From positions 1,056,001-1,120,000 of the forward strand of contig OZ242180.1 of the NCBI GenBank assembly GCA_965205485.1: a stretch of DNA of 64,000 bases, read 5' to 3'. The notes beneath the pieces are model-generated. The model was given only the letters and a program-made list of their open reading frames with translations, did not search any database and was not told where the DNA came from. The position numbers and the translations under genes are program-made. The stretch comes from Candidatus Latescibacterota bacterium (GTDB lineage: Bacteria; Latescibacterota; UBA2968; GCA-2709665). Below are positions 49,083 to 59,348 of this stretch, piece after piece. The number at the start of each line of letters is the position of its first letter. Within the stretch, counting starts at the first letter, position 1.

Positions 49083-50423
49083 ATGACGGCATCAGCAGTA
49101 TTCTCTTTCATCCTCATTCTTCAATCCGCGATGACACCCGCATTTGCGAGTGACCGGCTCGATTCGGAGGATGATTACGGCCGCGCGCGGATAGGCGGCA
49201 TGAAGGGCAGGATCACGTGGGAGTCAATGCTTCAGGGCGAGGGTCTTGAGGGCTGGAAGCCAGGCAACCAAGCGGTATGGTCCCGGGAGGGAGACACCAT
49301 CATTGCGAAAGCGGGCGGAAAGGATGGCGCAACCAGACTCGTGCAGGGAGACAGTACATGGTCACACTATGAGTTCAAGGTCCAGGTTACGCGGGTAAAG
49401 GGCGCAAACGTGCAGATCCGCTTCGGCATAACCGACGAGAGCCGGGAGTATATGGTCGACTACCTCGGTGGCTGGAAGGCGCTGGCGATCAGCACCTACG
49501 AGCGCGGTAAACGCGGCGTCACCAAACTCGACGTTGTCAACCTGGTCCTTGAGCGAGGACGTGAATACGATCTCGTTCTGGCAGTCCGGGGACATTCCGT
49601 TACCACCTACGTAAACGGAAGGCTCGTCAACCGGTTGACGCTCGAAGCGAATCCGAAAGGTGCGGTTGCGCTGGGCACCTGGGGACGTCACGCGGTTGCT
49701 CGATTCAGGGACCCGAAGATCAGACACTATAACGGACGCTCACGAACCGTAATCTTGAATCCGAATCAATCCAGGGAGCGCTCTATGCAAGTTACGAAAC
49801 CTGCCCGACGCCACCCTTCATTTGTGGAAATAACCCGCGATCCGAACCTGCCGGACGTGCTCCTGATCGGGGACTCGATTTCGATGGGATATACGATTCC
49901 GACTCGAGAACGGCTCAGAGGTAAGGCGAACGTCCACCGTCCATCTCGGAACTGCGGTCCGACGAGCCGCGGGCTCGCGGAGCTGGAAGTATGGCTGGGC
50001 ACTCGGAGGTGGGATGTCATCCACTTCAATTGGGGCCTGCATGACCTCAAATATGTCGATGACGAGGGTAAACTCACCGACTCAGGAAAGGGCAGACATT
50101 TCACGTCTGTCGATCAATATAAGGAGAATCTGGCGAAGCTGGTGTCGAGGCTGAAGACGACGGGAGCCAAGCTGATCTGGGCGACGACGACACCCGTGCC
50201 GACGGGGGCCAACGGTCGGAAGAAGGGAGACGCGGCGAAATACAACGCCGTCGCGAAGGAGATCATCAATCAGCCTGGCATTACGATTAACGATCTCTAT
50301 GCCTTCGCCCTGCCGCGACTGAAGGAAATCCAGCTACCGCAAAACGTACACTTCACAAAAGAGGGCTCCGGGCGTCTGGCAGATCAGGTAGCCATAGCAA
50401 TCCTGGAGCGCCTGAGCGAGTGA
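49083..50423 (+). CDS. DUF1080-like domain fused to SGNH/GDSL hydrolase
   Basis: Signal peptide; L.GW...W...RFRDPKIR; then LIGDSIS, FNWGLHD, ATTTPV, NVHF. Confidence 0.8.
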   Translation: MTASAVFSFILILQSAMTPAFASDRLDSEDDYGRARIGGMKGRITWESMLQGEGLEGWKPGNQAVWSREGDTIIAKAGGKDGATRLVQGDSTWSHYEFKVQVTRVKGANVQIRFGITDESREYMVDYLGGWKALAISTYERGKRGVTKLDVVNLVLERGREYDLVLAVRGHSVTTYVNGRLVNRLTLEANPKGAVALGTWGRHAVARFRDPKIRHYNGRSRTVILNPNQSRERSMQVTKPARRHPSFVEITRDPNLPDVLLIGDSISMGYTIPTRERLRGKANVHRPSRNCGPTSRGLAELEVWLGTRRWDVIHFNWGLHDLKYVDDEGKLTDSGKGRHFTSVDQYKENLAKLVSRLKTTGAKLIWATTTPVPTGANGRKKGDAAKYNAVAKEIINQPGITINDLYAFALPRLKEIQLPQNVHFTKEGSGRLADQVAIAILERLSE

Positions 50424-50476
50424 CGTCGAGATCCATAAAGGAATTGAAAACGCCAAATTCAGGAGCGGCGCCCAAA

Positions 50477-51241
50477 TTGCCGAAAACATACCCGATCCTG
50501 GAGTTCGATGAGGAACGGGAAGCAGTCATCGAGCCGTCGATAGCGATCAGGCATCGAGACGTCCCGGAGCACTGCGTCGTCTGCTACTTTCGACAGACTA
50601 TCGAGCAGGAAAAGCAGCGACTGGCGCTGCGACACCTCCGTCCTGTCAAGTGTATCATGGGGGAGATCTCCGTCTATTCAGGTACATACGACGGGCAGGA
50701 GTTCGCGATTCTAACAGGCGCGGTCGGCGCCCCACTCGCCGTGGGATGCCTGGAAGAAATCATCGCACGCGGCGGCCGCAAGTTCATCGTGTGCGGAAGC
50801 GCGGGAGTCCTGGACCGGTCCATCGCCAGCGGCCATATCGTTGTCCCTACGGCAGCCTTGCGGGACGAAGGCACGTCGTACCACTACCTGCCCCCGAGTC
50901 GGGAGGTCGAACCAACGCCGGACGCCGTCAAAGCGATTGTCGCGTCGCTTGAAGAGAACGGATACCCGTACGTCCATGGAAAAACCTGGACGACAGACGC
51001 GTTCTATCGAGAAACCCGGTCGAAGGTTGAAAGACGCCGGCAGGAAGGATGCATCACCGTTGAGATGGAAGCTGCAGCGCTATTCGCGGCCGCAAGATTC
51101 CGCGGCGTACAATTGGCGCAGCTATTGTACGGATCGGACGACGTCAGCGGCGCGGAATGGGACCCGAGAGAAATGGGAAGAGAAAAGTCTGCCAGAAAGG
51201 CACTTTTCCGGCTGGCGTTGAATGCTTGTCTCAGACTCTGA
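50477..51241 (+). CDS. Nucleoside phosphorylase (PNP/UDP family)
   Basis: VGAP, RDEGTSYHY, WTTDAFYRET, VEME; start uncertain (TTG). Confidence 0.9.
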   Translation: MPKTYPILEFDEEREAVIEPSIAIRHRDVPEHCVVCYFRQTIEQEKQRLALRHLRPVKCIMGEISVYSGTYDGQEFAILTGAVGAPLAVGCLEEIIARGGRKFIVCGSAGVLDRSIASGHIVVPTAALRDEGTSYHYLPPSREVEPTPDAVKAIVASLEENGYPYVHGKTWTTDAFYRETRSKVERRRQEGCITVEMEAAALFAAARFRGVQLAQLLYGSDDVSGAEWDPREMGREKSARKALFRLALNACLRL

Positions 51242-51419
51242 TGGTAAGAGTAAATGAATCCTGCGGCCGGTACTCAGGCAATTGTCCTCATGGGTCACCA
51301 GGCGGCGGGCAGGATGACGTACACCTCCCCAAAAACGAAATCTGCAATTAGCAGGAAGTTGTCACCCATAATTCCCCCTTACTGATATCCGTCGCCTTCT
51401 CAATCCATGTCATACCGGC

Positions 51420-53873
51420 ATGTTCAAGAACTATCTTGTCGTTGCTCTCCGAAACCTGCTGAGGCACAAGGGTTATACGTTTATCGTCCTTTCTGGATTG
51501 GCCCTTGGTATGGCCCCTGCGCTGATGATCGCACTCTATGTACAATCTGAATTGAGCTATGATCGGTTTCGACCCCATTCTGACCGGATCTACAGAATTC
51601 TCAGGGAGACACGGTGGCCGAGCGGACGCATTCAATGGTCAACAGGTCAGAAGGGTGCGCTAGCCTCGGCCCTGCGCGAAGACTTCGGAGATGTGGAAGA
51701 TGCAACGCGATTCTGGGCGGTTTCCAGCTGGGTGAGTTCCGGTGACACGGGATTCAAACAGAGGTTTTGTCTCGCGGACAAGAACATCCTGGAATTCTTC
51801 GGTATCGAAGTTCTACTCGGCGAACCTGAATCCGTACTTTCAGAACCGTCATCGGTTGTACTCACACAGGAGATGGCGCAGAAATACTTCGGAATTGAGA
51901 ATCCGATAGGGAAGGTCATTACGGCAGAACGCCTGTATTTCGGGAGGGTGGACCTGAAAATCACCGGGGTTCTGGCGGACATGCCCTCCAATTCTCATTT
52001 CAGGTTTGATTTCATAACAGCAACTCCGACAGATTACATTCGCAGGGAGCAACTCTGGGACGATTGGAAGAAACACGGAGTCACGACCCCTGCTCACACG
52101 TACGTACGGCTTGCAAGAGGTGGCTCCGCGTCGGTAATTGAGCGCAAATTGCCCGATTTGCTCGCTATGCATCTGGGTCCGGGCAGGGGCGAACATAAAG
52201 GCACCGAGAATCTCTATCATCTTCAGCCGCTAAACCGCATTCACCTCTACTCCGGTCTCGACTATGGATACCGTCGGGGCGGAAGGGGCGATATACAGGA
52301 CCTGTATCTATTGATTTCCATCGGTGCCTTTGTTCTCATCATCGCATGTATCAATTTTACGAATCTCGCCACAGCCCGCGCCACAAACCGCCTTCGAGAA
52401 GCCGGAATGCGAAAGGCAATGGGGGCAAAGCGTCATCAACTGATTACGCAGTTCCTAGGCGAGTCCGTTTTTCTGTCCGGCCTGGCCATGTTGCTTGCGC
52501 TGTCAATTGCAGCGCTGTTATTGCCCTACTTCACGATGTTCGTTGGCGGCGGATTATCACTGGGTCTGATCACGAATTCGACGGCGCCAGTCTGGCTGAT
52601 TGGAATTGCCCTTTTTGCAGGGCTTCTTGCTGGCAGCTATGCAGCCTTCTTCATGTCGGGCTTTCAACCGGCGGGCGCTCTACGTGGAATATCGAAGCCC
52701 GGCTCGAGTGCCGTCTGGTGTAGAAAATCGCTCGTTGTTTTACAGTTTGCGATTGCCACACTGTTGATAATCTGTGCGTTCGTCGCGTATCGGCAATTGG
52801 AATTTATAGACAAAAAAGACCTGGGTTTCGATAATGAGCACGTGCTGGTTATGCCTGTTTTCGACAATACCCAACTGATGAAAGCGGAAAAGAGCGCCCT
52901 GTCGAACAAATACGAGATCGTTAAGCAGGAATTTCTTAAACATCCCAATGTCTTGATGGCGACAGCCTCGCGTGGAATCCCCGGCGGACTTCGAAGCGGA
53001 AGTTATGCTCCGACTCTGACGACAGAAGACGACAGAGAGATTGAAGTTCGGATGTTTGATGTAGATCTGGACTTTATTCGATTTTTCGATTTAAAGCTTG
53101 TATCTGGCAGGTCGTTTTCAGATAGAGACGCCTTGAGCTGGCGTGGAAACTCTGAGATAAGTTATATCCTGACGGTAACAACGGCCGGAATGTTGGGATG
53201 GGAGGATCCCATTGGTGAGGCATTGAGGGGAAAGGGACATCAGTCGCAAGGACGAGTCATTGGCGTAATCGAAGACTTTCATATGGATTTGCGGCACCGG
53301 ATGGAGCCGGTTGTCTTAACGGTATCCCCTGTCAGATTGAGGTTTCTGTCACTGAAGATTCGAACGGAAGCGCTAATCGAAACCATGAGTTTTCTCAAGG
53401 CAACCTGGAGGCGATTTGTGCCGGATCGACCTTTCAATTATCACTTTCTCGATGAACGGATCGATTCGCTATATCGAAAAGAGGTCCGGCATGGACAGAT
53501 GTTCGGAATCGGAGCGCTTCTCGCGATCTTCGTCGCCTGTCTGGGGCTGCTGGGCCTTGCCTCGTTTACTGCAGAGCAGCGGACGAGAGAAATCGGCATC
53601 AGGAAGGTCTTGGGAGCATCTGTGGTGTCTATCGTGGTGCTGCTCGCCAAAGCAACCTTAAAATGGGTGGTCATTGCCAATGCGGTTGCCTGGCCGCTTG
53701 CATATTATCTTGCGTCGAATTGGCTTCAACGATTTGCATATCGCGTCGATCTCGGTGTGGAGCCGTTTTTTTGGGGCGGCTGCGCTGTGTTGCTCTTGGC
53801 CATGTCGACGGTAGGTTATCACGCATTGAAGGCAGCTACTGCAGAACCGGTCGCTTCGCTGAAATGCGAATAA
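51420..53873 (+). CDS. MacB/FtsX-type ABC transporter permease (duplicated)
   Basis: MFKNYLVVALRNL, IACINFTNL, DLGFD, REIGIRKVLGAS; no adjacent ATPase. Confidence 0.93.
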   Translation: MFKNYLVVALRNLLRHKGYTFIVLSGLALGMAPALMIALYVQSELSYDRFRPHSDRIYRILRETRWPSGRIQWSTGQKGALASALREDFGDVEDATRFWAVSSWVSSGDTGFKQRFCLADKNILEFFGIEVLLGEPESVLSEPSSVVLTQEMAQKYFGIENPIGKVITAERLYFGRVDLKITGVLADMPSNSHFRFDFITATPTDYIRREQLWDDWKKHGVTTPAHTYVRLARGGSASVIERKLPDLLAMHLGPGRGEHKGTENLYHLQPLNRIHLYSGLDYGYRRGGRGDIQDLYLLISIGAFVLIIACINFTNLATARATNRLREAGMRKAMGAKRHQLITQFLGESVFLSGLAMLLALSIAALLLPYFTMFVGGGLSLGLITNSTAPVWLIGIALFAGLLAGSYAAFFMSGFQPAGALRGISKPGSSAVWCRKSLVVLQFAIATLLIICAFVAYRQLEFIDKKDLGFDNEHVLVMPVFDNTQLMKAEKSALSNKYEIVKQEFLKHPNVLMATASRGIPGGLRSGSYAPTLTTEDDREIEVRMFDVDLDFIRFFDLKLVSGRSFSDRDALSWRGNSEISYILTVTTAGMLGWEDPIGEALRGKGHQSQGRVIGVIEDFHMDLRHRMEPVVLTVSPVRLRFLSLKIRTEALIETMSFLKATWRRFVPDRPFNYHFLDERIDSLYRKEVRHGQMFGIGALLAIFVACLGLLGLASFTAEQRTREIGIRKVLGASVVSIVVLLAKATLKWVVIANAVAWPLAYYLASNWLQRFAYRVDLGVEPFFWGGCAVLLLAMSTVGYHALKAATAEPVASLKCE

Positions 53874-53989
53874 ATGGTAAACCCCGCTGAAACTTGCCGG
53901 GCTTATTGCGCACATTGCGATGATGGGTCCAACCTGTAAGCACGGACAGCCTGGAGGTCTTCTCACGAGGCAGGAGGGAATCCGAATAA

Positions 53990-54997
53990 CTGAAACCATT
54001 CGAGGAACTGACGTATCGAGGACAGCTTCGCCGCCTTCGTCGCCTCGCGCTCGAGGCGTTTGCGTCCTACGACCTGGGTGACTTCACGCTTCGGCCAATA
54101 CAACACCGGCACAACGCCACGTTCCTGGTTCGGTCCGGGGGCTGCCGATACGTCCTGCGCGTCAACCGGCCGGGGCACAGGGATCTGGCGCTCATCAGGT
54201 CGGAGCTGATGTGGCTGGATGCGATTGCCCGGGAGACGGACCTCGTTGTGCCCGCACCGGTCGCGGATCGGGAAGGAAATCTGCTGACGGTCGCCTCGGC
54301 GCCGGGGATCCCGAAACCGAGAGTCTGCGCGCTGTTTCGGTGGGTGAAGGGACGCTTTGTCAGCCAGCACGACCTGACCGGGCGACATCTGGAAATGGTC
54401 GGCCGCCTTATGGGCAGGCTGCAACGCCACTCTGAGAGGTTTGTGCCGCCCGCCGGATTCACGCGCATCCGATGGGGCGCTGACGGGCTGCTCGGCGGTG
54501 TCTACGGAGGAACGATCGCCCATGCGAAAGCGGTACTCGATCCCGCAAGAAAGGCCATCGTTGACCGGGCAGAATCGATCACGCGCCGCGCAATGGAGCG
54601 GTTGGGAGAGGCCCCGTCCGTTTTCGGTCTGATACACGGCGATTTGCACCAGATGAACTACGTATTCCGGAAGGGCGAAGCGCGCGCACTGGACTTTGAC
54701 GACTGCGGATGGGGCTACTACCTCGGCGATATGGGTGCTACCCTCGGCCCTCTGGTCAGCCGGAAGGATTTCCCCGCGCTGCGAGCCGCCTTTCTTCACG
54801 GATACAGGGATGTCCGACCCCTCGATTCCGGCCACGAGCGAACGCTGACCTCCTTCCTGATCGCAGACCGCCTGAAGATCGCCGTCTGGATGTCCGGCCG
54901 CCTCGACAACCCGGTCCTGCGTGACGGCGTCGCGGAATTCGTACGGGACCGGGTCGATCAGATGGACGAAATGATGCGCTGGAATCCAGGAGCCTGA
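53990..54997 (+). CDS. APH-like phosphotransferase, probable CTG start
   Basis: Frame open from CTG 53990 (in-frame TAA just before); YVLRV...SELMWL, HGDLHQMN, LDFDD. Confidence 0.85.
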   Translation: MKPFEELTYRGQLRRLRRLALEAFASYDLGDFTLRPIQHRHNATFLVRSGGCRYVLRVNRPGHRDLALIRSELMWLDAIARETDLVVPAPVADREGNLLTVASAPGIPKPRVCALFRWVKGRFVSQHDLTGRHLEMVGRLMGRLQRHSERFVPPAGFTRIRWGADGLLGGVYGGTIAHAKAVLDPARKAIVDRAESITRRAMERLGEAPSVFGLIHGDLHQMNYVFRKGEARALDFDDCGWGYYLGDMGATLGPLVSRKDFPALRAAFLHGYRDVRPLDSGHERTLTSFLIADRLKIAVWMSGRLDNPVLRDGVAEFVRDRVDQMDEMMRWNPGA

Positions 54998-55026
54998 TCT
55001 GGCGACCGCGAAAGCGGAAAGAAGCT

Positions 55027-55443
55027 ATGAGCAATGCTTCGATAACCTACAGCGAAACCCGGGACATTCCGCTCGTTGACCTGTTGAGGCTCTACTCGGC
55101 CGTCGAATGGTCGTCCGCTAACAAGCCGAATGAGCTTCGCGATGCGTTGACGAACTCCCACACTCTGCTGACGGCGTGGGATGGCGCCCGTCTTGTCGGG
55201 CTGGGCAATGCCATTTCGGACGGGCATCTCGTTGTCTATTATCCGCACCTGCTGGTGGATCCCGAATATCAGGGCAACGGAATTGGATCGGAACTGATGA
55301 GAAGATTGAAGGCTATCTACGAAGGCTTCCACCAGCACGTGCTGATTGCGGATGGAAGGGCGATCGATTTCTACGAAAAGTGCGGTTTCACCAGGGCAGG
55401 CAAAACGGAGCCGATGTGGATCTACGCCGGAAAGGATCATTAG
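55027..55443 (+). CDS. GNAT N-acetyltransferase
   Basis: VDPEYQGNGIG, FYEKCGF. Confidence 0.92.
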   Translation: MSNASITYSETRDIPLVDLLRLYSAVEWSSANKPNELRDALTNSHTLLTAWDGARLVGLGNAISDGHLVVYYPHLLVDPEYQGNGIGSELMRRLKAIYEGFHQHVLIADGRAIDFYEKCGFTRAGKTEPMWIYAGKDH

Positions 55444-55446
55444 GCG

Positions 55447-56781
55447 ATGGGTGATAGAGATTCGGGAAGCGGTCGGGTGTCCCCGGCTTTTCGGACGACG
55501 CTTCGACGGGAACTTGACGTCTGGGTGAACGAAGGCGTTGTCGACTCCGATCAGTCTGCCGCGATATCAAAACGCTATCGGCTGAACGAGTTGACGCAGA
55601 AGTCCGGCGGCATGGTTGTCCAGGCCCTCTATCTGATCGGGGCCTGTCTGATCGGCGGCGGCGCGATCAGCTTCGTGGCGTCACGATGGGAAGAGATCCC
55701 CGTGCCCCTGAGAATGGCGCTCCTGTTCAGTACGCTGCTTGCGTTCGAGGTCGCGGGGTTCTACCTCTGGAAGGTGTCCGGGACCCGAAAGAAACTGGGG
55801 GAGGCCCTCGTCGTACTGGGCGGGCTGGTCTTTGGCGCCAATGTCGTACTGATCGCGCAGATGTTCAATCTGCACGGCGACCCTCACGGCGCCTTCGGGA
55901 TCTGGGCGATCGGTACGGGCGTCATCGCCTATGCGACGATGAGCGGACCCTGCATGTTACTGACGTGCGTCACGAGCCTTGTCTGGTTCGTCGGCCATGC
56001 CGAGGGGAACCCGCACTCATTCTGCTGGTATCCTCTGGTGATCGGGGCTGCGGGTCTTCCGTTTCTGAAACGTTACAGCAATTCGGCGTTCGCTGGCGTC
56101 ATCCTGGCGGCGGGGGCGGCAATCCCGGTTTGCGCGGGCTTCGACAGTGGCGAAGGCTGGCCGGCCGTTCTAGCCGTTTCGGTAATCGCCGCGTTGCTCT
56201 ACGGCCTGGGTCTCCGGCTGGAAGAAATCGAACCGGCAAGGCTCATGGGGGTCATTTCGAGGACTGTCGGAATAACCGGGACTCTGCTGCTGGCTTACAT
56301 GATGTCGTTTCGGGAAGTCGCGACGGAACTTTTGGAGCGCCCGTGGCAGTCGACCGGCCTCTTGTGGACAGTACCGTTCGGGCTGGTTTGTGTGGCCGGC
56401 GTTGCTGTCTGGATATCGGTGACTCGGAAGCCTCCTGAGAGGAACGATCTGAGACACCGCTCGAAAGCGGTCCTTCTTGCCGGCGTCCTGCTGGCTTGTG
56501 GCACGTTGACGATGCAGCCCGTCGGATTTACTCTCGCAGCTCACCTGGCCGTCGCCGCAATCGGGATCAGCCTGCTCTATACTGCAGTCAAGATCCATCG
56601 CAGGATATCCTTCTGGACGGGTCTGTTGCTTCTGGCATGGGTCATCTTCCAGAACTTCATTCAGTGGGATACCAATCTGCTTCTCAAGTCATTCGTCTTC
56701 ATCGCCTGCGGAATCGGGGTGATTCTGGGAGGGATCCGGTTCGAGCGGCATCTCAAACAGGGGGGCGTGGAAAATGGCTAA
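55447..56781 (+). CDS. DUF2157-like membrane protein
   Basis: W..EG.....Q...I..RY, FVASRW..IP, GAN..LIAQMFN; many TM segments. Confidence 0.85.
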   Translation: MGDRDSGSGRVSPAFRTTLRRELDVWVNEGVVDSDQSAAISKRYRLNELTQKSGGMVVQALYLIGACLIGGGAISFVASRWEEIPVPLRMALLFSTLLAFEVAGFYLWKVSGTRKKLGEALVVLGGLVFGANVVLIAQMFNLHGDPHGAFGIWAIGTGVIAYATMSGPCMLLTCVTSLVWFVGHAEGNPHSFCWYPLVIGAAGLPFLKRYSNSAFAGVILAAGAAIPVCAGFDSGEGWPAVLAVSVIAALLYGLGLRLEEIEPARLMGVISRTVGITGTLLLAYMMSFREVATELLERPWQSTGLLWTVPFGLVCVAGVAVWISVTRKPPERNDLRHRSKAVLLAGVLLACGTLTMQPVGFTLAAHLAVAAIGISLLYTAVKIHRRISFWTGLLLLAWVIFQNFIQWDTNLLLKSFVFIACGIGVILGGIRFERHLKQGGVENG

Positions 56782-57412
56782 AAGATACGTCTGGTTTGCC
56801 GCCGCGCTGCTCGTGCAGATTGGCATCCTGGCCGCGCTGCCCCTGGGCCGGGAAGCGTCTGGAAGAAGGATATGGCTTTCCGCGAAGGTTACGAATCTTC
56901 GGGATGTGATGCGAGGGTCGGGTATTCTACTGGACTATGACGTCGCACGGCTCAAGGTCCGTCAAAAGCGGGGTGAGAAAGTCTACCTCACACTGAGCAT
57001 GCAGCCGGATTCCACGTGGACCGTTAATCGAACGTCCAGGGAAAAGCCGCAAGAGCTATCGGCGGGGAACGTATTGATCCGCGGCAAATCGGCTCGTCGC
57101 CATATGCCCGTTCACGTCCTGTTGCGGGAGACCTCCGCGGGAGAGTGGAAGGCGGATTCGGTGGCGACCGGACACGCGGAAAAGCCCTTTGGAGCCCTGG
57201 GAAAGGACGAAGCCGTCGCGTGGGCGTCTGTGTGGCAGGAATTCGTGGACATCGGAATCTCCTACTGCGACGTTCCGGAACGGCAACGCGAGCGGATTAT
57301 CGAAGATATCCGGAAGCATCCCGGGGATTTCGCCGCGCTCGTTCAGATCGACCCGGAGGGACGCGCATCGCTTCTGGGATTTCGGATCAGGGATCGGGAG
57401 CACGAGTTCTAG
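56774..57412 (+). CDS. GDYXXLXY-like protein
   Basis: N-terminal TM; RDVMRGSGILLDYD; overlaps the DUF2157-like gene, the usual pairing. Confidence 0.7.
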   Translation: MAKRYVWFAAALLVQIGILAALPLGREASGRRIWLSAKVTNLRDVMRGSGILLDYDVARLKVRQKRGEKVYLTLSMQPDSTWTVNRTSREKPQELSAGNVLIRGKSARRHMPVHVLLRETSAGEWKADSVATGHAEKPFGALGKDEAVAWASVWQEFVDIGISYCDVPERQRERIIEDIRKHPGDFAALVQIDPEGRASLLGFRIRDREHEF

Positions 57413-57422
57413 CCTTCCTTCC

Positions 57423-59282
57423 CTATTCACATTCCCCGAAGCTGTAGATGTGCGACCCGCTTCCGAAGTAGATGCGTCCGTTCAGCCAGTCCCCGCCGAA
57501 GCTGACAGGTACCGGAGACGCGACCAGCATGGTGAGGCTGTGGTCTGACGGGTTGACGCGGACGATTCCCCTGACGAAGAGCAGGTAGACGTTGCCGGCC
57601 GGCGTGGTCACGAAGACGCGGGGGCCCTGCTGTCTGGCCGTCAGTCCGCAGCTTTCCGCCGTACGTTCGCTGCGGACAACTTCCCTGGAATCGGGATCGA
57701 ACGCGAAGAAGCGTTCCTCGTCGACAACTCCGTAAATCACGCCGTCCGGACCGGGACAGAGATCCGTGTACGATTGCGCACCGGGAAAAACAGCCTCGCG
57801 CCAGAGGACCCGCCGGGTTGCCAGTTCCATCAGGTAGAGTTCGGCTTCTTTCGCCTTTTGCTCGCCGCCCGTGCCCGGATTGGTGGTGGAGCCGCCCAGG
57901 AGGTTGCCGTCCGTGAGGGCGATAAGGCTCATCGTGCTGTGATCGGGAAGAATATCGGTGTGTTCGAGCAGTTCGCGCGACCCGGTTTCGCGGTCCCAGA
58001 ACAACATTCCGCCTCCCGTGAGGCCGTAACCCGGCGTGCCCGCCAGAATGACGGTCTTCCGGTCGGGATGGGCAAGCAGCGTATGCGGCCGGTTGATGGC
58101 GGGTTTGCATTCGGTCAGGAAACGCGGATTGGAGCCGGGGTTGCCCTTTTCCGTAGGCACCCACGTGCTGGCGGGATCCCATTCCAAAAGAAAACCCCCG
58201 GTATAACCGCCGGCAAAAAAACGGTCCGTCTGCCTGGTGACCGTGTTCCACTGGCCATGGTTGGGGCGGTTGATCCAGCTGTCCGAATCGGGATTGTAGC
58301 AGAAGAAGCGCGCTGGAAACGTGGTGCCCCCACAGATCGTGTTGTCGGGCGCCGCGGCGAGGCCCATCACGTGGGCGCCTTCGGTCGTGTATTCAAAGCC
58401 GACTTCATGGATTTCATCGGAATTGGGATCTTCAACCGACAGCGTACGCGTCTCCAGATCACAGGCCACGATGCGTTTACCGTCCGGGAAGCCCCGGTGA
58501 AAGAGGCCCTGGCTGCCCGTCACGATCGGCTTTTCGTTCCTGTCCTCAAGCGGCCCGACCGGTATGCGCTCGCCTTTGTGTAGTTCGAACCATCCCCGGG
58601 AACTCTCCCCGGTGTGTCCGTAGACCTTCCCGTTGAGGTCGCGGTAGACGTGGCCGCTACCGTGGACGCGTTCTCCTTCCGACAACACGGACTCCACGGC
58701 CCCCGAGTCCGGCTCCAGGCAGATGATCTGGCTGGCAGTGCTGCCGATACCGAAGTAGATCCATCCCGCGTCGTCCGCGGCAACCGAACGCGGATATTGC
58801 CGCCAGTTCTGCTCGTAGACGTGACCGTAGTCCCGGAAGGCGCCGGAACGGGGATCGTAACACGTAACGCCGCTGTCCGGGTGGGTGGCCGCCCAGATGC
58901 GGCCGCCATCGTCTTCGGTCATGCCCATGGCCATCTGCGGTACGGTCTCGTGGCAGAATGTAAACGCCCGTTCGACGGGGTCGAAGGCCAGGAAGTGGCT
59001 GTGAAAATGGGAGCAGAAGAGGTTGCCGCTGGTGAGTATTGACGAAAACGGACACGCGTTGAAGTCGTCGCCCGGAGGAAAAGGGAGGGGGAACTGTTCG
59101 CTGGCGCCGGTTTCCGCGTCGATCAGCAGAAGGCCGTAGCAGCCCCTGCGATCGTACAACCAGAGCATGACCGCGTTCCGGCCCTCACCGTCCACGGTGG
59201 CGACTAGCCCCCGGCTGTTGGCGATGTCGGTCGCAACTCCGTGGTGGCGGAACCCGTTGCCGAGATCCTGAGATGCGTGCAT
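57423..59282 (-). CDS. Large beta-propeller-like hypothetical protein
   Basis: Repeated xxDG.IY/W.G...YDP blades; GGAG RBS; no signal peptide. Confidence 0.75.
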   Translation of the reverse strand: MHASQDLGNGFRHHGVATDIANSRGLVATVDGEGRNAVMLWLYDRRGCYGLLLIDAETGASEQFPLPFPPGDDFNACPFSSILTSGNLFCSHFHSHFLAFDPVERAFTFCHETVPQMAMGMTEDDGGRIWAATHPDSGVTCYDPRSGAFRDYGHVYEQNWRQYPRSVAADDAGWIYFGIGSTASQIICLEPDSGAVESVLSEGERVHGSGHVYRDLNGKVYGHTGESSRGWFELHKGERIPVGPLEDRNEKPIVTGSQGLFHRGFPDGKRIVACDLETRTLSVEDPNSDEIHEVGFEYTTEGAHVMGLAAAPDNTICGGTTFPARFFCYNPDSDSWINRPNHGQWNTVTRQTDRFFAGGYTGGFLLEWDPASTWVPTEKGNPGSNPRFLTECKPAINRPHTLLAHPDRKTVILAGTPGYGLTGGGMLFWDRETGSRELLEHTDILPDHSTMSLIALTDGNLLGGSTTNPGTGGEQKAKEAELYLMELATRRVLWREAVFPGAQSYTDLCPGPDGVIYGVVDEERFFAFDPDSREVVRSERTAESCGLTARQQGPRVFVTTPAGNVYLLFVRGIVRVNPSDHSLTMLVASPVPVSFGGDWLNGRIYFGSGSHIYSFGECE

Positions 59283-59348
59283 CGGCGGTTTCTCCTCGTT
59301 ATGAGACGCAAAATCGACTTCCCGAATGTCCGAAAATCGGCAACGGCA

